Shown one piece after another: positions 10,612 through 20,402 of a stretch of 64,000 nt of DNA. The notes under the pieces are model-generated. The model searched no databases, was not told the origin of the DNA, and saw nothing but the letters and a program-made list of their open reading frames with translations. Position 1 is the first letter of the stretch, and each line of letters starts with the position of its first letter. The translations under genes were made by a program, and so were the position numbers. Source of the DNA: Longimicrobiales bacterium (lineage in GTDB: Bacteria > Gemmatimonadota > Gemmatimonadetes > Longimicrobiales > Gaopeijiaceae); NCBI GenBank assembly GCA_965218295.1, contig CBDCKN010000003.1, positions 320,001 through 384,000 of the forward strand. The letters run 5' to 3'.

Positions 10612-12262
10612 CTATCTTCCTGGTGCTTCCACTCTCGATGGGCTCGGAAGCCATGTCGTCCGCACCCTCGGCAGCCACGTATCGGGCACGCATCCGGTGC
10701 CAGATGGCCCGAACACCCGTGACCACCCCCAGCCACAACAGTACGAACGCCCCGGCCCACCCGAACGCTCTCGGGAAGAAGCCGACGATGGCGGCGGCCG
10801 AGATCGCCATGACCGAGACGGTCCCGAGGATTGTGCGATCCTCCCGCCCCAAGGTGCGGTGTCCGGCCAGAGCTCCGCCGAAGGAAGCGCCGGCGCGCAT
10901 GAAGTGGGCGAGCCGCCACGGTCTGGTGGTGCGTCCCGTCTCCATCAGGGCTTCGAGCCGCCGAGTCAGTCCTCCCTCAGGCTCGAGCGAGGTCTGGGGA
11001 ATCCCGCTGAGTGTGGGTAGGTGCTCGGCCTGCGTAACGGTGTGTATGCTTCGACTCCCGGGGAGCACGATCTCGGACGAAGACGCCAGGTCCGCGAGGA
11101 ACAGGCCCTCGAGCTGCCCGGCAAGTGACGCATCCATAACGCCGACGTCTATCTCCCAGTTCCCCAGGAGACTCCAGGCGTTCAGGTTGCTGGAGCCCAC
11201 GCGACACCAGAGTCCGTCGGCCACTGCGGTCTTCGCGTGGATCATGGGACCCTGCCACTCGAAGAGGCGAACTCCGTGATCCAGCAAGTGACGGTATCCG
11301 GCCCTCGACAGGCTTCCAACCAGAGGCCAGTTGTTGTTCGCAGGCACCAGTAGCCGGACGTCGACTCCCGCGTGGGCCGCCTCGGTCATGGCCTCGGCGA
11401 CGATGCCTGGAGCCACGAAGTAGGGATCCGTGATCCACAGGCGCTCCTGGGCCATGGCGGCCACGAGGGTGAGGGTCCGCATCACCCGGCTTCGCCGGGG
11501 CTCGCCCTCGATCAGCCAGACGGACGTGTCCCCTGCCGGGTCCGTCCGCCCCTCCAGGGCATGGCTCGGGAGGGGCTCCCCCATGACGTCCCATATGCGC
11601 CCGAAGGCCCGGGCAGCCACCCCGGCCGCCGGTCCTCGGACCTCCACCCCGGTGTCACGCCAGGGAGGCTCGTCACCACTGCCCGCCCACTCCTGGCCCA
11701 CACAGAAGCCCCCGGCGAATGCCACCTCGCCATCCACGACCACTAACTTCCGGTGATCCCGCTGGAAGATGCCGTAGGGGTCACGAACGGACGGGCGGTT
11801 GAAGGCCCGAACCTCGATGCCCGCCTGCCGGAACGGCTTCCAATAGCGGCGAGGCGTCGCCCAGCAGCCCAACCAGTCGTAGAGCAACCGGACTTCGATG
11901 CCCTGCCGTGCCTTCTCGATCAGGACGTCACGGAAGACCCGTCCGACGTTGTCGTTCCTGAGGATGTAGTTCTCGAAGTGGACGTACCGCTTGGCGCCCT
12001 CGATGGCTTCGATCCAGGCATCGAACGTGGCGGGGCCGTCGAACTGGAGCCCCACTGCGTTTCCCGCGATCTCCGGCGATCCTGTGGCACGGGCGAGCAT
12101 GTCCGCACTCATCCCCGGCAAACCACCTCTTGCGGAGGCCGAGGATTCGGCCACGGGCTGGCGTGACGCTCCACCCCCGGTGGGGGCAGGCCCTTCCGGC
12201 ATTGACGGGATCGCGGTGTCCTCAGGTGGATTCATCGAGACCGTTGGTTGACGGATTGTCAC
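10595..12262 (-). CDS. cls: Cardiolipin synthase-like phospholipase D
   Basis: Two HKD motifs (HRKLVVVD, HAKTAVAD), WRDT, GSSNL; C-terminal TM segments. Confidence 0.85.
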   Translation of the reverse strand: MTIRQPTVSMNPPEDTAIPSMPEGPAPTGGGASRQPVAESSASARGGLPGMSADMLARATGSPEIAGNAVGLQFDGPATFDAWIEAIEGAKRYVHFENYILRNDNVGRVFRDVLIEKARQGIEVRLLYDWLGCWATPRRYWKPFRQAGIEVRAFNRPSVRDPYGIFQRDHRKLVVVDGEVAFAGGFCVGQEWAGSGDEPPWRDTGVEVRGPAAGVAARAFGRIWDVMGEPLPSHALEGRTDPAGDTSVWLIEGEPRRSRVMRTLTLVAAMAQERLWITDPYFVAPGIVAEAMTEAAHAGVDVRLLVPANNNWPLVGSLSRAGYRHLLDHGVRLFEWQGPMIHAKTAVADGLWCRVGSSNLNAWSLLGNWEIDVGVMDASLAGQLEGLFLADLASSSEIVLPGSRSIHTVTQAEHLPTLSGIPQTSLEPEGGLTRRLEALMETGRTTRPWRLAHFMRAGASFGGALAGHRTLGREDRTILGTVSVMAISAAAIVGFFPRAFGWAGAFVLLWLGVVTGVRAIWHRMRARYVAAEGADDMASEPIESGSTRKIDDRIG

Positions 12263-13236
12263 TCGCCTTCGAAGCGGTACCCAATGAGCTTATACACCAG
12301 CTTGGCCACCAGGAAGTCCGGGGCGTGCACGCCGGGAGTGGGGGCGAGCTCCACCACGTCGCAGGCGACGACTCTTCTCTCGCGGAACACGCGCCTCAGG
12401 AAGCGGAGGGTCCGATACCAGTCCCCTCCCCCCGGCTCCGGAGTTCCCGTGGAAGGCACCAGGGAGGGGTCGAAGTAGTCCACGTCGAAGGTCAGGTAGA
12501 CCGAGTCGCCCAGGGCTGCCAGGGCGCGATCCATCCAGGCGTCATCCTCCCACATCTCGTCGGCCCAGATCAGGGTGATCCCCTCGTTGGCGTCGGCCAC
12601 CTCCACCTCTTCCTCGCTCACCCCCCGGACTCCCACCGACACCACGTCCGCCACGTCCAGGACGCGGGCCATGGCGCAGGCATGCGAGTGGGCCGAGCCT
12701 TCGAACTCGGCTCGGAGGTCCGCGTGTGCGTCGAGCTGAAGGACGTTGAGGCGCCCAACCCGAGCGGCCTGGGCTCGGATGGCCGGAGCGGAGACGGTGT
12801 GTTCCCCGCCGAGCATGATCAGGAACCGGTCCTGGGCTACTTCCGCCACTCGGGCGTACGCGCTCCCCAGCTCGGCCATGGCGGCAGGGGCACCGTCACG
12901 GCTCAACTCCAGAGCCGGAAGTGTATGGATCCCCACCGTCGAAGGGTTAGTCCCGAGCTCCTGGTCGAAGAGCTCTATGTACCGTGACGCCTCGATGATG
13001 GCGCCGGGCCCGCTTCGTGCTCCGCCCCCGTAGCTGGTCGTGGTCTCGCAGGGGACGGGTAGGATCACGGCCCTGCACTTCCCGAAGTCGGTGGCCTCCT
13101 CGTCCAGCCCCAGGAAGGTGTGCGGCAGCTCCCACGGTAGATCCAAAAGCCCCGGAGGCAGCCGTCCTGGCTGCTCTGGATCGCCCTCGGGCTCGAAGCC
13201 TCGACCGGGAGTTCGGAAAGATCGGCGATTGGGCAC
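12259..13236 (-). CDS. speB: Agmatinase (start uncertain)
   Basis: GGEHTVS, LDAHADLR, TFDVDYFDPS, TGTPEPGG, DVVELAP ureohydrolase motifs. Confidence 0.88.
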   Translation of the reverse strand: MPNRRSFRTPGRGFEPEGDPEQPGRLPPGLLDLPWELPHTFLGLDEEATDFGKCRAVILPVPCETTTSYGGGARSGPGAIIEASRYIELFDQELGTNPSTVGIHTLPALELSRDGAPAAMAELGSAYARVAEVAQDRFLIMLGGEHTVSAPAIRAQAARVGRLNVLQLDAHADLRAEFEGSAHSHACAMARVLDVADVVSVGVRGVSEEEVEVADANEGITLIWADEMWEDDAWMDRALAALGDSVYLTFDVDYFDPSLVPSTGTPEPGGGDWYRTLRFLRRVFRERRVVACDVVELAPTPGVHAPDFLVAKLVYKLIGYRFEGE

Positions 13237-13258
13237 GGAAGGGATGTGGTGGGTGCTG

Positions 13259-13759
13259 CTACAGGGCCTCGATGGGGCAGGACAGCCCCTCGGGCGTGAG
13301 CTCGATCCCGGCCTCCGAGCACTCTTTGCAGAGCCCGTAGATCTCCAGCTTGTGGTGGGCGGGCCGAAAGCCGTGTCGTGCGGTGACGAGGGCCTCGATC
13401 CGGGGAAGATCCGGGCTCTGGAACTCGAGGACCCTGCCACAGTTGAGGCAGATCAGATGCTCGTGAATCGGCTGCGGCGAAAGGCGGTGCTCGTACCGCT
13501 TGAAGCCCTCTCCGAAATCATGCTCGGCCACCAGCTTGCTCTTCACGAGCAGGTCCAGCGTCCGGTAGATGGTTGCCTTTCCGATGCGCTGCCCGCTCGA
13601 GCGAAGGACTCGCTCGATCTCGTCCACCGAGAGGTGCTCGTCCGAGCCGAAGACGACCTTCGCCACAGCCTCCCGTTGAGGTGTGACGGGCAGGCCCTGC
13701 TCCCTCAGGTAGCGTCCGAAGAGTCGGACGAAGGGTGACGGATCGTGGAGCGTCTTCAC
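13259..13759 (-). CDS. fur: Fur family transcriptional regulator
   Basis: TPQR, HLS, ATIYRTL, HEHLICLNCG, GLCKEC. Confidence 0.88.
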   Translation of the reverse strand: MKTLHDPSPFVRLFGRYLREQGLPVTPQREAVAKVVFGSDEHLSVDEIERVLRSSGQRIGKATIYRTLDLLVKSKLVAEHDFGEGFKRYEHRLSPQPIHEHLICLNCGRVLEFQSPDLPRIEALVTARHGFRPAHHKLEIYGLCKECSEAGIELTPEGLSCPIEAL

Positions 13760-14232
13760 GTCTCACTGTTCTCCAGAAGCGACGGGTCGAACTCGTTCAT
13801 CAACTCCTGAAACTTGTCGGGGTCGCCGGCGATCTCCACCGTCCGCGGCTCACCGAGGTCGACTTGGCTTCTCCGTACTACCCCGATCATGACCCGGGGG
13901 AGCCGATCGGGCGGTGCCTGGCCTTCGTCAGCCATCCCCGCGTCCACGGTAAGGCTCGTTCCCGATCTCTCCGCCGAGTACTGGGCCGTGTAGAGGCGCC
14001 TCGCGCCGCCGTCGGCGAAGCAGCTGGCGGCAACGAGGCCCCATTCCTTCCTTCCGCGAATCAGCGGAGGGAATACCCAGAGGCGGTCGATCTCTCCGGC
14101 GCCCAGGCTGCGAGCCACCAACTGTAGCGTCCTCGGGATGGCCTCCGGCACTCCCGGACCACGATCATCCTTCACAAAGTCTCTCCACGCTGCATGCCCG
14201 GGGAGACGCGGCTTCCACCGGGGAGGCGACAT
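13756..14232 (-). CDS. Hypothetical protein
   Basis: ORF packed between nrnA and fur with a 4-bp overlap. Confidence 0.6.
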   Translation of the reverse strand: MSPPRWKPRLPGHAAWRDFVKDDRGPGVPEAIPRTLQLVARSLGAGEIDRLWVFPPLIRGRKEWGLVAASCFADGGARRLYTAQYSAERSGTSLTVDAGMADEGQAPPDRLPRVMIGVVRRSQVDLGEPRTVEIAGDPDKFQELMNEFDPSLLENSET

Positions 14233-14253
14233 TGCCCGGCTAACGCTTATATC

Positions 14254-15279
14254 CTACCCCTCGGCGCCCAATAGCTCCACGGCCGCGAGGGTCGCGGCTA
14301 CGACCTCGCTGCGGACCTGCTCCAGCTTCCCCTCCACCAGCGCCCCGGAAGCGCGGACGTGACCGCCACCCGCGAAGCGGCGGGCCAGCTCGTTCACGTC
14401 CACTGCTCCGTTGGAGCGGAACGAGACCTTGATACCACCTTTGGTCGTTCTCCGGAAGAGGAGACCGACCTCCACCCCCTCCACGGAGCGTGGGTAGTCC
14501 ACCAGTCCCTCGATGTCGTCGGAGGTGGCGCCCAGCTCCTCGTAATCCTTGGACGGCACGGTCATCCATGCGACTCGGGAGCCGGGGTCGACTTCGAGCT
14601 CTCCGAGGGCACTCTGGAGCAGCCGCAGCCGTCGAGGCGAAGAGGTACCGTAGACACGGCGGTACGTGTCCTCGGGGCTCACGCCCCGCTGGAGAAGCTC
14701 GGCCACGATGTTGTGGCTCGCCGGAGTGGAGTTGCTGAAGCGAAACGATCCGGTGTCGGTGAGGATGGCCACGTACACGGCCAGGTCGGCCGCAGCGGGC
14801 CACGGTCCCCCGGCCCTCAGGATGATATCGAACACGAGCTCGCCCGTGGCGCACGCAGTGGGATCGCGGAACGAGACCCCCGCGATGGGCTGATCTCCGG
14901 GAGGGTGGTGGTCGACGACGATCGTGGTGAGCCCGTCGATGAGCGGCTTTACTCGCCCGATGCGCGGCGCCTCACCCGTGTCCAGCACGAGGGCTACGTC
15001 GGCGCCGTCACAGAGCTCCCGAGCCTCCGGTGCCGACGGATTCACCACCCACGACTCGTCCGGGACGACGAAGCGGAGCGACTGCGGCACCGGGGTCGGA
15101 TTCACGATATGCGCTTCGGTCCCCCGGGAGCGCAGCCAAGCAGCCAGCGCAACCTCGGATCCGATACCATCCCCGTCAGCGTTGATATGCGTGGTGAGGA
15201 TGGCCGTCTCTATTCCGTCCAAGGCGTCCAGGACCGCCTCGACGGCTGTGGACCTGGATTCTGGAGTCTGGTAGGTCAT
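14254..15279 (-). CDS. nrnA: DHH/DHHA1 phosphoesterase (nanoRNase/pAp phosphatase)
   Basis: HINADGDGIGS, VDHH, TDTGSF, SFRS, GGGH motifs. Confidence 0.9.
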   Translation of the reverse strand: MTYQTPESRSTAVEAVLDALDGIETAILTTHINADGDGIGSEVALAAWLRSRGTEAHIVNPTPVPQSLRFVVPDESWVVNPSAPEARELCDGADVALVLDTGEAPRIGRVKPLIDGLTTIVVDHHPPGDQPIAGVSFRDPTACATGELVFDIILRAGGPWPAAADLAVYVAILTDTGSFRFSNSTPASHNIVAELLQRGVSPEDTYRRVYGTSSPRRLRLLQSALGELEVDPGSRVAWMTVPSKDYEELGATSDDIEGLVDYPRSVEGVEVGLLFRRTTKGGIKVSFRSNGAVDVNELARRFAGGGHVRASGALVEGKLEQVRSEVVAATLAAVELLGAEG

Positions 15280-15289
15280 GGACCGATCG

Positions 15290-17179
15290 CTATCCCGAGA
15301 AGGGCAGTCGCTTCCTCACATTGGCCCACGTGGAGGCCAGGTGCACGGACCAGGGAGTCGTGACACCGCTGATTCGCGCCCCCGCCAGGGCTTCCAGGAA
15401 GGCCGCCGGCTCGTTCGGATGATCCGCCACTTCCACGAACGCCCCCGCAACCTCGCCCACGGTGTGAGCGTCGGAGCCGGCCCCCCTCGCCTTGTCCCAA
15501 CGGGCCGCCAACTCCTCTCCGGGCTCGTTCAGCCTGCCCGGGTGAAGCCGCGCGTTGAAAACCTCGACCACATCGACCAATGGAGCAAGCTCTTCGGCGT
15601 AGCGGCCCGATGCGCCCTTGCCGCGGGCGTAGGGGTGCGGGAGGTACACGATGCCCCCCTGCTCACGGACCAGACGGCAGACCTCCCTGGCGGACATCCC
15701 TTTGGGAATCTCCTCCCGGAGGTAGAGACCGATCACGTCGATCCCCTCGGCTGTCTTCACCTCCTCGCCGGGGATCACCGCATCCGGAAACGCCTTCGCC
15801 ATCTCCAGCGCCAGGGCCAGGCGGTTGTGATCGGTGATGGCGATGCGCTGAACCCCCTTCGCTCTGGCCGCGTCGATGACCCGGCGCGGATCGGAGAGAC
15901 AGTCGAAGGAGGCCCGCGTGTGGAGGTGCATGTCGATCCTGATGCGTCCCGAGGGCGGGCTCTGCCCCGCTCGGGCCTCCTTCCGCATCCGAGCCAGGAG
16001 CCGGGAAGCCGAGTCCTCCAGCTCGTCGAGCGTGCCCTCGTTGACCAGCACGTGATCGGCCCTGTCTCGCTTGAGGCCGGGCTCCATCTGGCTGGCCATG
16101 ATGCTGCGTGCTTCCTTGGCGTCGAGGCCTCGCTCGCCGGTGAGCCGAGCGAGCCGCACGTCTTCCGGAGCGTCCACCAGGACGGTCACGTCGAAGTCAT
16201 CTTCGAGGCCGGCCTCGAACAGGAGGGGTACCTCCGATACAGTGAGCGAGGCGCCCTCCGCGAGCCGTTCCCTCATCCACCGGTCCCGCAGCACCCAGAT
16301 ACGTGGATGGAGGATCGCTTCGAGGGTGGCTCGCGCCTCCTCGTCCTGGAACACTCGGGCCCCGAGGGCGGTCCTGTCCAGGGAGCCGTCTTCATTCAGT
16401 ACTCCTTCCCCGAAGACCTCCACGACGGCCGCCAGGCCCGGGCTCCCCGGCTTCACCGCCTCCCGGGACAGCTCGTCGGCGCTGATCACGGGCACTCCAT
16501 CCTCCGCCCAACACCCGCCAACCGCCGACTTGCCGGCCGCAACGTTTCCGGTGAGCCCGATGGACACCGGGCCCGGGGCGCTCGACGACCCGAGGACGCG
16601 ACCCTTGACCGCCAGAAACAGCACCACCGCGATGACGGCCACGATGGCAGCCCATCCCATGCCCAGGAATTCTACGCTCACCTGCCAACCCCGCGCGGCG
16701 CCAAAGGCGAAACCCAAGCCCAAGACCCCCCAGGCGGCGATGCCCAGGAAGTCGAACACGAGAAAGCGCCGATAGGAAATTCGTGTCGAGCCGGCGGCCA
16801 GGGGCATGAGGGTGCGTGCGAACGGGATAATGCGGGCGAGGCTGATGGAGAGCACGCCGTGCCTCTCGAAGAGGGCCGAACTCCGATCCTGGTGGCGCCG
16901 GGCGCTCCTGGCCAGACGGCCTTTGCTCCGCAAGAAGCGACGACCTCCGAAGCGTCCCAGCATGAAACCGCATGAGTCACCAAGTGCGGCGCCCACCAGG
17001 GCGGCAACCACCACCGCCCCGAAGCTGAAGTGACCCTCGAGGGCGAAAGCCGTGGCGACGATGATGGTCGGCTCCGCCGGCAGAACGAGACCGATGATGA
17101 GAGCGGTCTCGAACATGGCCATGGCTCCCACGAACAGAGGACCGTAGACCGCCATATTAGCGCCGATCCACTCGATCAT
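15290..17179 (-). CDS. coaE: Three-domain fusion: DedA/VTT + dephospho-CoA kinase + PHP phosphoesterase
   Basis: DedA (ETALIIGLVLP, LGDSCGF, ARIIPFART), CoaE (IGLTGNVAAGKS, LDRTALGARVF, EVPLLFE), PHP (DMHLHT, AITDHN, PGEEV, GSDAH) in one ORF. Confidence 0.85.
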   Translation of the reverse strand: MIEWIGANMAVYGPLFVGAMAMFETALIIGLVLPAEPTIIVATAFALEGHFSFGAVVVAALVGAALGDSCGFMLGRFGGRRFLRSKGRLARSARRHQDRSSALFERHGVLSISLARIIPFARTLMPLAAGSTRISYRRFLVFDFLGIAAWGVLGLGFAFGAARGWQVSVEFLGMGWAAIVAVIAVVLFLAVKGRVLGSSSAPGPVSIGLTGNVAAGKSAVGGCWAEDGVPVISADELSREAVKPGSPGLAAVVEVFGEGVLNEDGSLDRTALGARVFQDEEARATLEAILHPRIWVLRDRWMRERLAEGASLTVSEVPLLFEAGLEDDFDVTVLVDAPEDVRLARLTGERGLDAKEARSIMASQMEPGLKRDRADHVLVNEGTLDELEDSASRLLARMRKEARAGQSPPSGRIRIDMHLHTRASFDCLSDPRRVIDAARAKGVQRIAITDHNRLALALEMAKAFPDAVIPGEEVKTAEGIDVIGLYLREEIPKGMSAREVCRLVREQGGIVYLPHPYARGKGASGRYAEELAPLVDVVEVFNARLHPGRLNEPGEELAARWDKARGAGSDAHTVGEVAGAFVEVADHPNEPAAFLEALAGARISGVTTPWSVHLASTWANVRKRLPFSG

Positions 17180-17242
17180 GGCGCGGGAATCACCGGGACC
17201 GGGTCCGGGCGGGTCGGGCGAATAGGGCGGCCGGTGAAGCCG

Positions 17243-17410
17243 CTAGTGTTCCGTTGCCGAAGTTCGCGAGCCACCAAGAGGGTCGGGGCGCCGTGGGATC
17301 AAGGCGGGACGACGCGGCGCAGCGCAAGCTACGGCAAGGAGTCCCAACGCCGAGCCCACGGATGCACCGTGCCCTCGACTGGCCGAGATACTTCGGCAAC
17401 GGGACGCTAG
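17243..17410. mobile_element. 168-bp non-coding MITE-like element bounded by CTAG
   Basis: 21-bp terminal IRs, 19/21 match (CTAGTGTTCCGTTGCCGAAGT / ACTTCGGCAACGGGACGCTAG); right CTAG contains the stop codon of the adjacent gene. Confidence 0.75.
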
Positions 17411-17778
17411 AACGGGCGGCGCTTGGAGACGCGAAGGTCGTCTTGGCTCCCTATCTCCCCGTCCGGCCCGTAGGAGTGGATCGCGAAAGAGTCGGCCCAC
17501 GACTGGTAGCTGTAGGCCCGTCCCCAGGGATCGATGCCAGCGTCTCCGGAGAAGTTGGTCTCCAGCCAGGCACTCCACTCGCGGCGATTCGGAAGTCGAT
17601 ACGTCTCGCGCTGCTGCCTCCGGACGGCTCTGGACAGATCCTCCATCTCCCGCTCCGCATTCCAGACGAGAACGGGTTGGAGAACCGGCATGGCCTTGTC
17701 GATCATCGCCTGGCGACTGTCGGGAAAATACAACGCCGCGACGAAGCCGAAGATGACCATGAGAACGAGTTTGCTCAC
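17407..17778 (-). CDS. Small membrane-anchored protein with GspG-like C-terminal motif
   Basis: N-terminal TM helix; DPWGRAYSY...SYGPDGEIGSQDD resembles the T2SS GspG C-terminus. Confidence 0.65.
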   Translation of the reverse strand: MSKLVLMVIFGFVAALYFPDSRQAMIDKAMPVLQPVLVWNAEREMEDLSRAVRRQQRETYRLPNRREWSAWLETNFSGDAGIDPWGRAYSYQSWADSFAIHSYGPDGEIGSQDDLRVSKRRPF

Positions 17779-18071
17779 GGCGCCGTCTTCACTTTCATGC
17801 GCTTCCGCTTCCTGCGCTTCCGCATCTCAGACCCCCAGCGGATATACCGCTCCATCTCTGCCAGGGGAGGCACCGCCTCCGCATCCCCGTATGCGGTCTC
17901 CATCCGCCATTTCATGTAGCTTCTCGGCGGAATGGGGAGGAAGGGGGGCCGCAAGTACCATCCATTCGACCGGAACGCCCAGGCTGTGCCCAGAAGTCCC
18001 TGGATGAGCAAAGGCTTTCGAATCGCTGCCTTCGCCAGCCGTATGTATATCGATTCCAAGCGGATTCTCAC
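17775..18071 (-). CDS. Hypothetical protein (start uncertain)
   Basis: PPFLPIPPRSYMKWRMETAYG; 4-bp overlap with the downstream gene. Confidence 0.6.
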   Translation of the reverse strand: MRIRLESIYIRLAKAAIRKPLLIQGLLGTAWAFRSNGWYLRPPFLPIPPRSYMKWRMETAYGDAEAVPPLAEMERYIRWGSEMRKRRKRKRMKVKTAP

Positions 18072-18264
18072 GGTTGCGGAGCCGTCGAAAACGCGTCCGT
18101 AAACATTTGATACAAGAATCTACGTGCGCCCCAGAACGAATTCAACGATCATAGTTCCCGAGAAGCTCCCCCGCTTGCCGGGAAAGCCGTGAGCTTTCTG
18201 GGGTAGGTGGCCTGATCAAGCGGCCTCGACTAAGGTGTCTTCTCGTCAGAGCCCGGGAGTCCCA

Positions 18265-20340
18265 GTGGCCAATCGCCTGTCTCAAGAGAGCAGTCCCTAC
18301 CTCCTCCAACACGCCGAGAACCCGGTGGACTGGTATCCTTGGGGGGATGAGGCCTTCACCCGAGCCAGGGAGCGGGACGTTCCCATCCTCCTTTCCATCG
18401 GTTACTCGGCGTGCCACTGGTGTCACGTCATGGAGAGGGAGTCGTTCGAGGATCCGGCCACCGCCGAGATCATGAACCAGAGCTTCGTGAACATCAAGGT
18501 GGACCGGGAAGAGAGGCCCGACATCGACTCCGTATACATGCGGGCCGTTCAAGCCATGTCGGGACAGGGGGGGTGGCCGCTCACGGCGTTCCTCACACCA
18601 GAAGGCGAGCCCTTCTACGGAGGCACGTACTTCCCGCCCGAGCCCCGCCACGGATTGCCGTCTTTCCGTCAGATCCTCGGCGCCATCCAGAACGCCTACG
18701 GGGAGAGACGAGACGAGGTGTTGAAGAACGCCGGCGAGCTCCGAGGGATCCTGGAGCGCAGCACGGCCGAGGTGGGTGAAGGGCCGCTGACCAGCGACGG
18801 CGAGACGCTCGCCGGTGCGGGCCTCCTCGACCACGCGTACCGTTTTCTCTCCTCCCGCTTCGATCCCACCCACGGTGGATTCGGTGGCGCGCCGAAGTTC
18901 CCCCAGCCCGTGACCCTCGAGTTCGCCCTGAGAGTCCACGCCCGGACCGGCGACGACCAGGCTCTGGGCATCGTCACGCATACGCTGCGCAAGATGGCCG
19001 GTGGGGGCATGCACGACCACCTGGCGGGCGGGTTCCACCGATATTCGGTGGATGCACGCTGGCTGGTGCCCCACTTCGAGAAGATGCTCTACGACAACGC
19101 CCTCCTCGCGCGGGTCTATTTGAACGCCTTCCAGGCCACCGGCGACACCGACCTGAGGGACGCGGCCGAGCGGACCCTGGATCACATGCTGAGGGACATG
19201 CGCGACCCCGAAGGGGGCTTCTACTCCGCCCTCGACGCCGATTCCGAGGGTGAGGAGGGCATCTTCTACGTGTGGACCCCGGCTCAGGTCCGGGAGGTGC
19301 TGGACAGCGACCTGGCCACCCTCTTCGAGCGCTGCTATGACGTCAGCGACGCCGGGAACTTCGAGGGAAAGAGCATCCTGCACCTTCCCCACGACCTGGC
19401 GGCCGTCGCTCGAAGCGAGGGTATGGAGTCGGAGCAGCTCCGGGAGCGGCTTCATGAGGCGAGAGACCTGTTGCTGGAGGCTCGGAATCTCAGGGAGCCC
19501 CCCTTCCGTGACGAAAAGATCCTGGCGAGCTGGAACGGCATGGCGTTCAGGACGATGGCGGAGGCCGGGGGAGCCCTCGGACGCGAGAGTTACCTGCAGG
19601 CCGGCGTCTCCGGACTCGACTTCGTGCTTTCGAAGATGCGACGGGACAACCGGCTTCTCCGGTCATACAAGGACGGCGTGTCGCGCATCGACGCCTTCCT
19701 GGAGGACTATGGAGCGGTCGGGAACGCCCTCGTCACAGTGTACGAGGTTACCCTCGAACCGCCCTGGCTGGACGAGATCCGTTGGACCACCGACCGGATG
19801 ATCGAGCTCTTCTGGCATGCAGAGGTGGGCGTCTTCTATGACGCCCCGTCGGATGGAGAGGACCTGATCGTCCGGCCCCGTGACATCATGGACAACGCTA
19901 CGCCGTCCGGGAATTCCCTGGCCGTGGAGCTCCTCCTCAGGACGGCCCACCTCTTTGGCGATGACAGACATCAGGAGATCGCCGAGCGGGCTCTCGGCCG
20001 CGAGGCCGGGTCCATGGCACGGTTCCCCTCGGCATTCGGCCGACTCCTCTCGGCTCTGGACCGTAAGGTGGCAGCGTCCGTTGAGATTGCCATCGTCGGA
20101 GAGCGGGATGATCCCGCGACGGGCGATCTGCTCCGGGCGGCGCTGACGCCGTACCTTCCGAACCGGACCATGGCAGGGGTGGCCCCAGGGGAGGTCCTCG
20201 ACCACGCCATCCCGCTTCTGGAGGATCGAAAGGGACAAGACGGCAGGCCCACGGCCTACGTCTGCGAGGGCTACGCCTGTCGCGCACCGGTCAACGATCC
20301 CGACGCCCTGACGGAGCAGCTGCGTACGCGAACCGGATAG
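18265..20340 (+). CDS. Thioredoxin-domain protein, YyaL/SSP411 (DUF255) family
   Basis: [50 protein letters not shown]. Confidence 0.92.
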   Translation: MANRLSQESSPYLLQHAENPVDWYPWGDEAFTRARERDVPILLSIGYSACHWCHVMERESFEDPATAEIMNQSFVNIKVDREERPDIDSVYMRAVQAMSGQGGWPLTAFLTPEGEPFYGGTYFPPEPRHGLPSFRQILGAIQNAYGERRDEVLKNAGELRGILERSTAEVGEGPLTSDGETLAGAGLLDHAYRFLSSRFDPTHGGFGGAPKFPQPVTLEFALRVHARTGDDQALGIVTHTLRKMAGGGMHDHLAGGFHRYSVDARWLVPHFEKMLYDNALLARVYLNAFQATGDTDLRDAAERTLDHMLRDMRDPEGGFYSALDADSEGEEGIFYVWTPAQVREVLDSDLATLFERCYDVSDAGNFEGKSILHLPHDLAAVARSEGMESEQLRERLHEARDLLLEARNLREPPFRDEKILASWNGMAFRTMAEAGGALGRESYLQAGVSGLDFVLSKMRRDNRLLRSYKDGVSRIDAFLEDYGAVGNALVTVYEVTLEPPWLDEIRWTTDRMIELFWHAEVGVFYDAPSDGEDLIVRPRDIMDNATPSGNSLAVELLLRTAHLFGDDRHQEIAERALGREAGSMARFPSAFGRLLSALDRKVAASVEIAIVGERDDPATGDLLRAALTPYLPNRTMAGVAPGEVLDHAIPLLEDRKGQDGRPTAYVCEGYACRAPVNDPDALTEQLRTRTG

Positions 20341-20402
20341 CGGTCGTAGGGCGTTTGGCTATCTTATCGCCTGTCCGACCGAACCCTGATGCGCCGGAAT
20401 AG

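Noticed and set aside
15278..16975. Long antisense ORFs (also 18142..19455, 35554..37128, 39381..40841)
   Set aside because: Shadow ORFs opposite well-supported genes, expected at high GC
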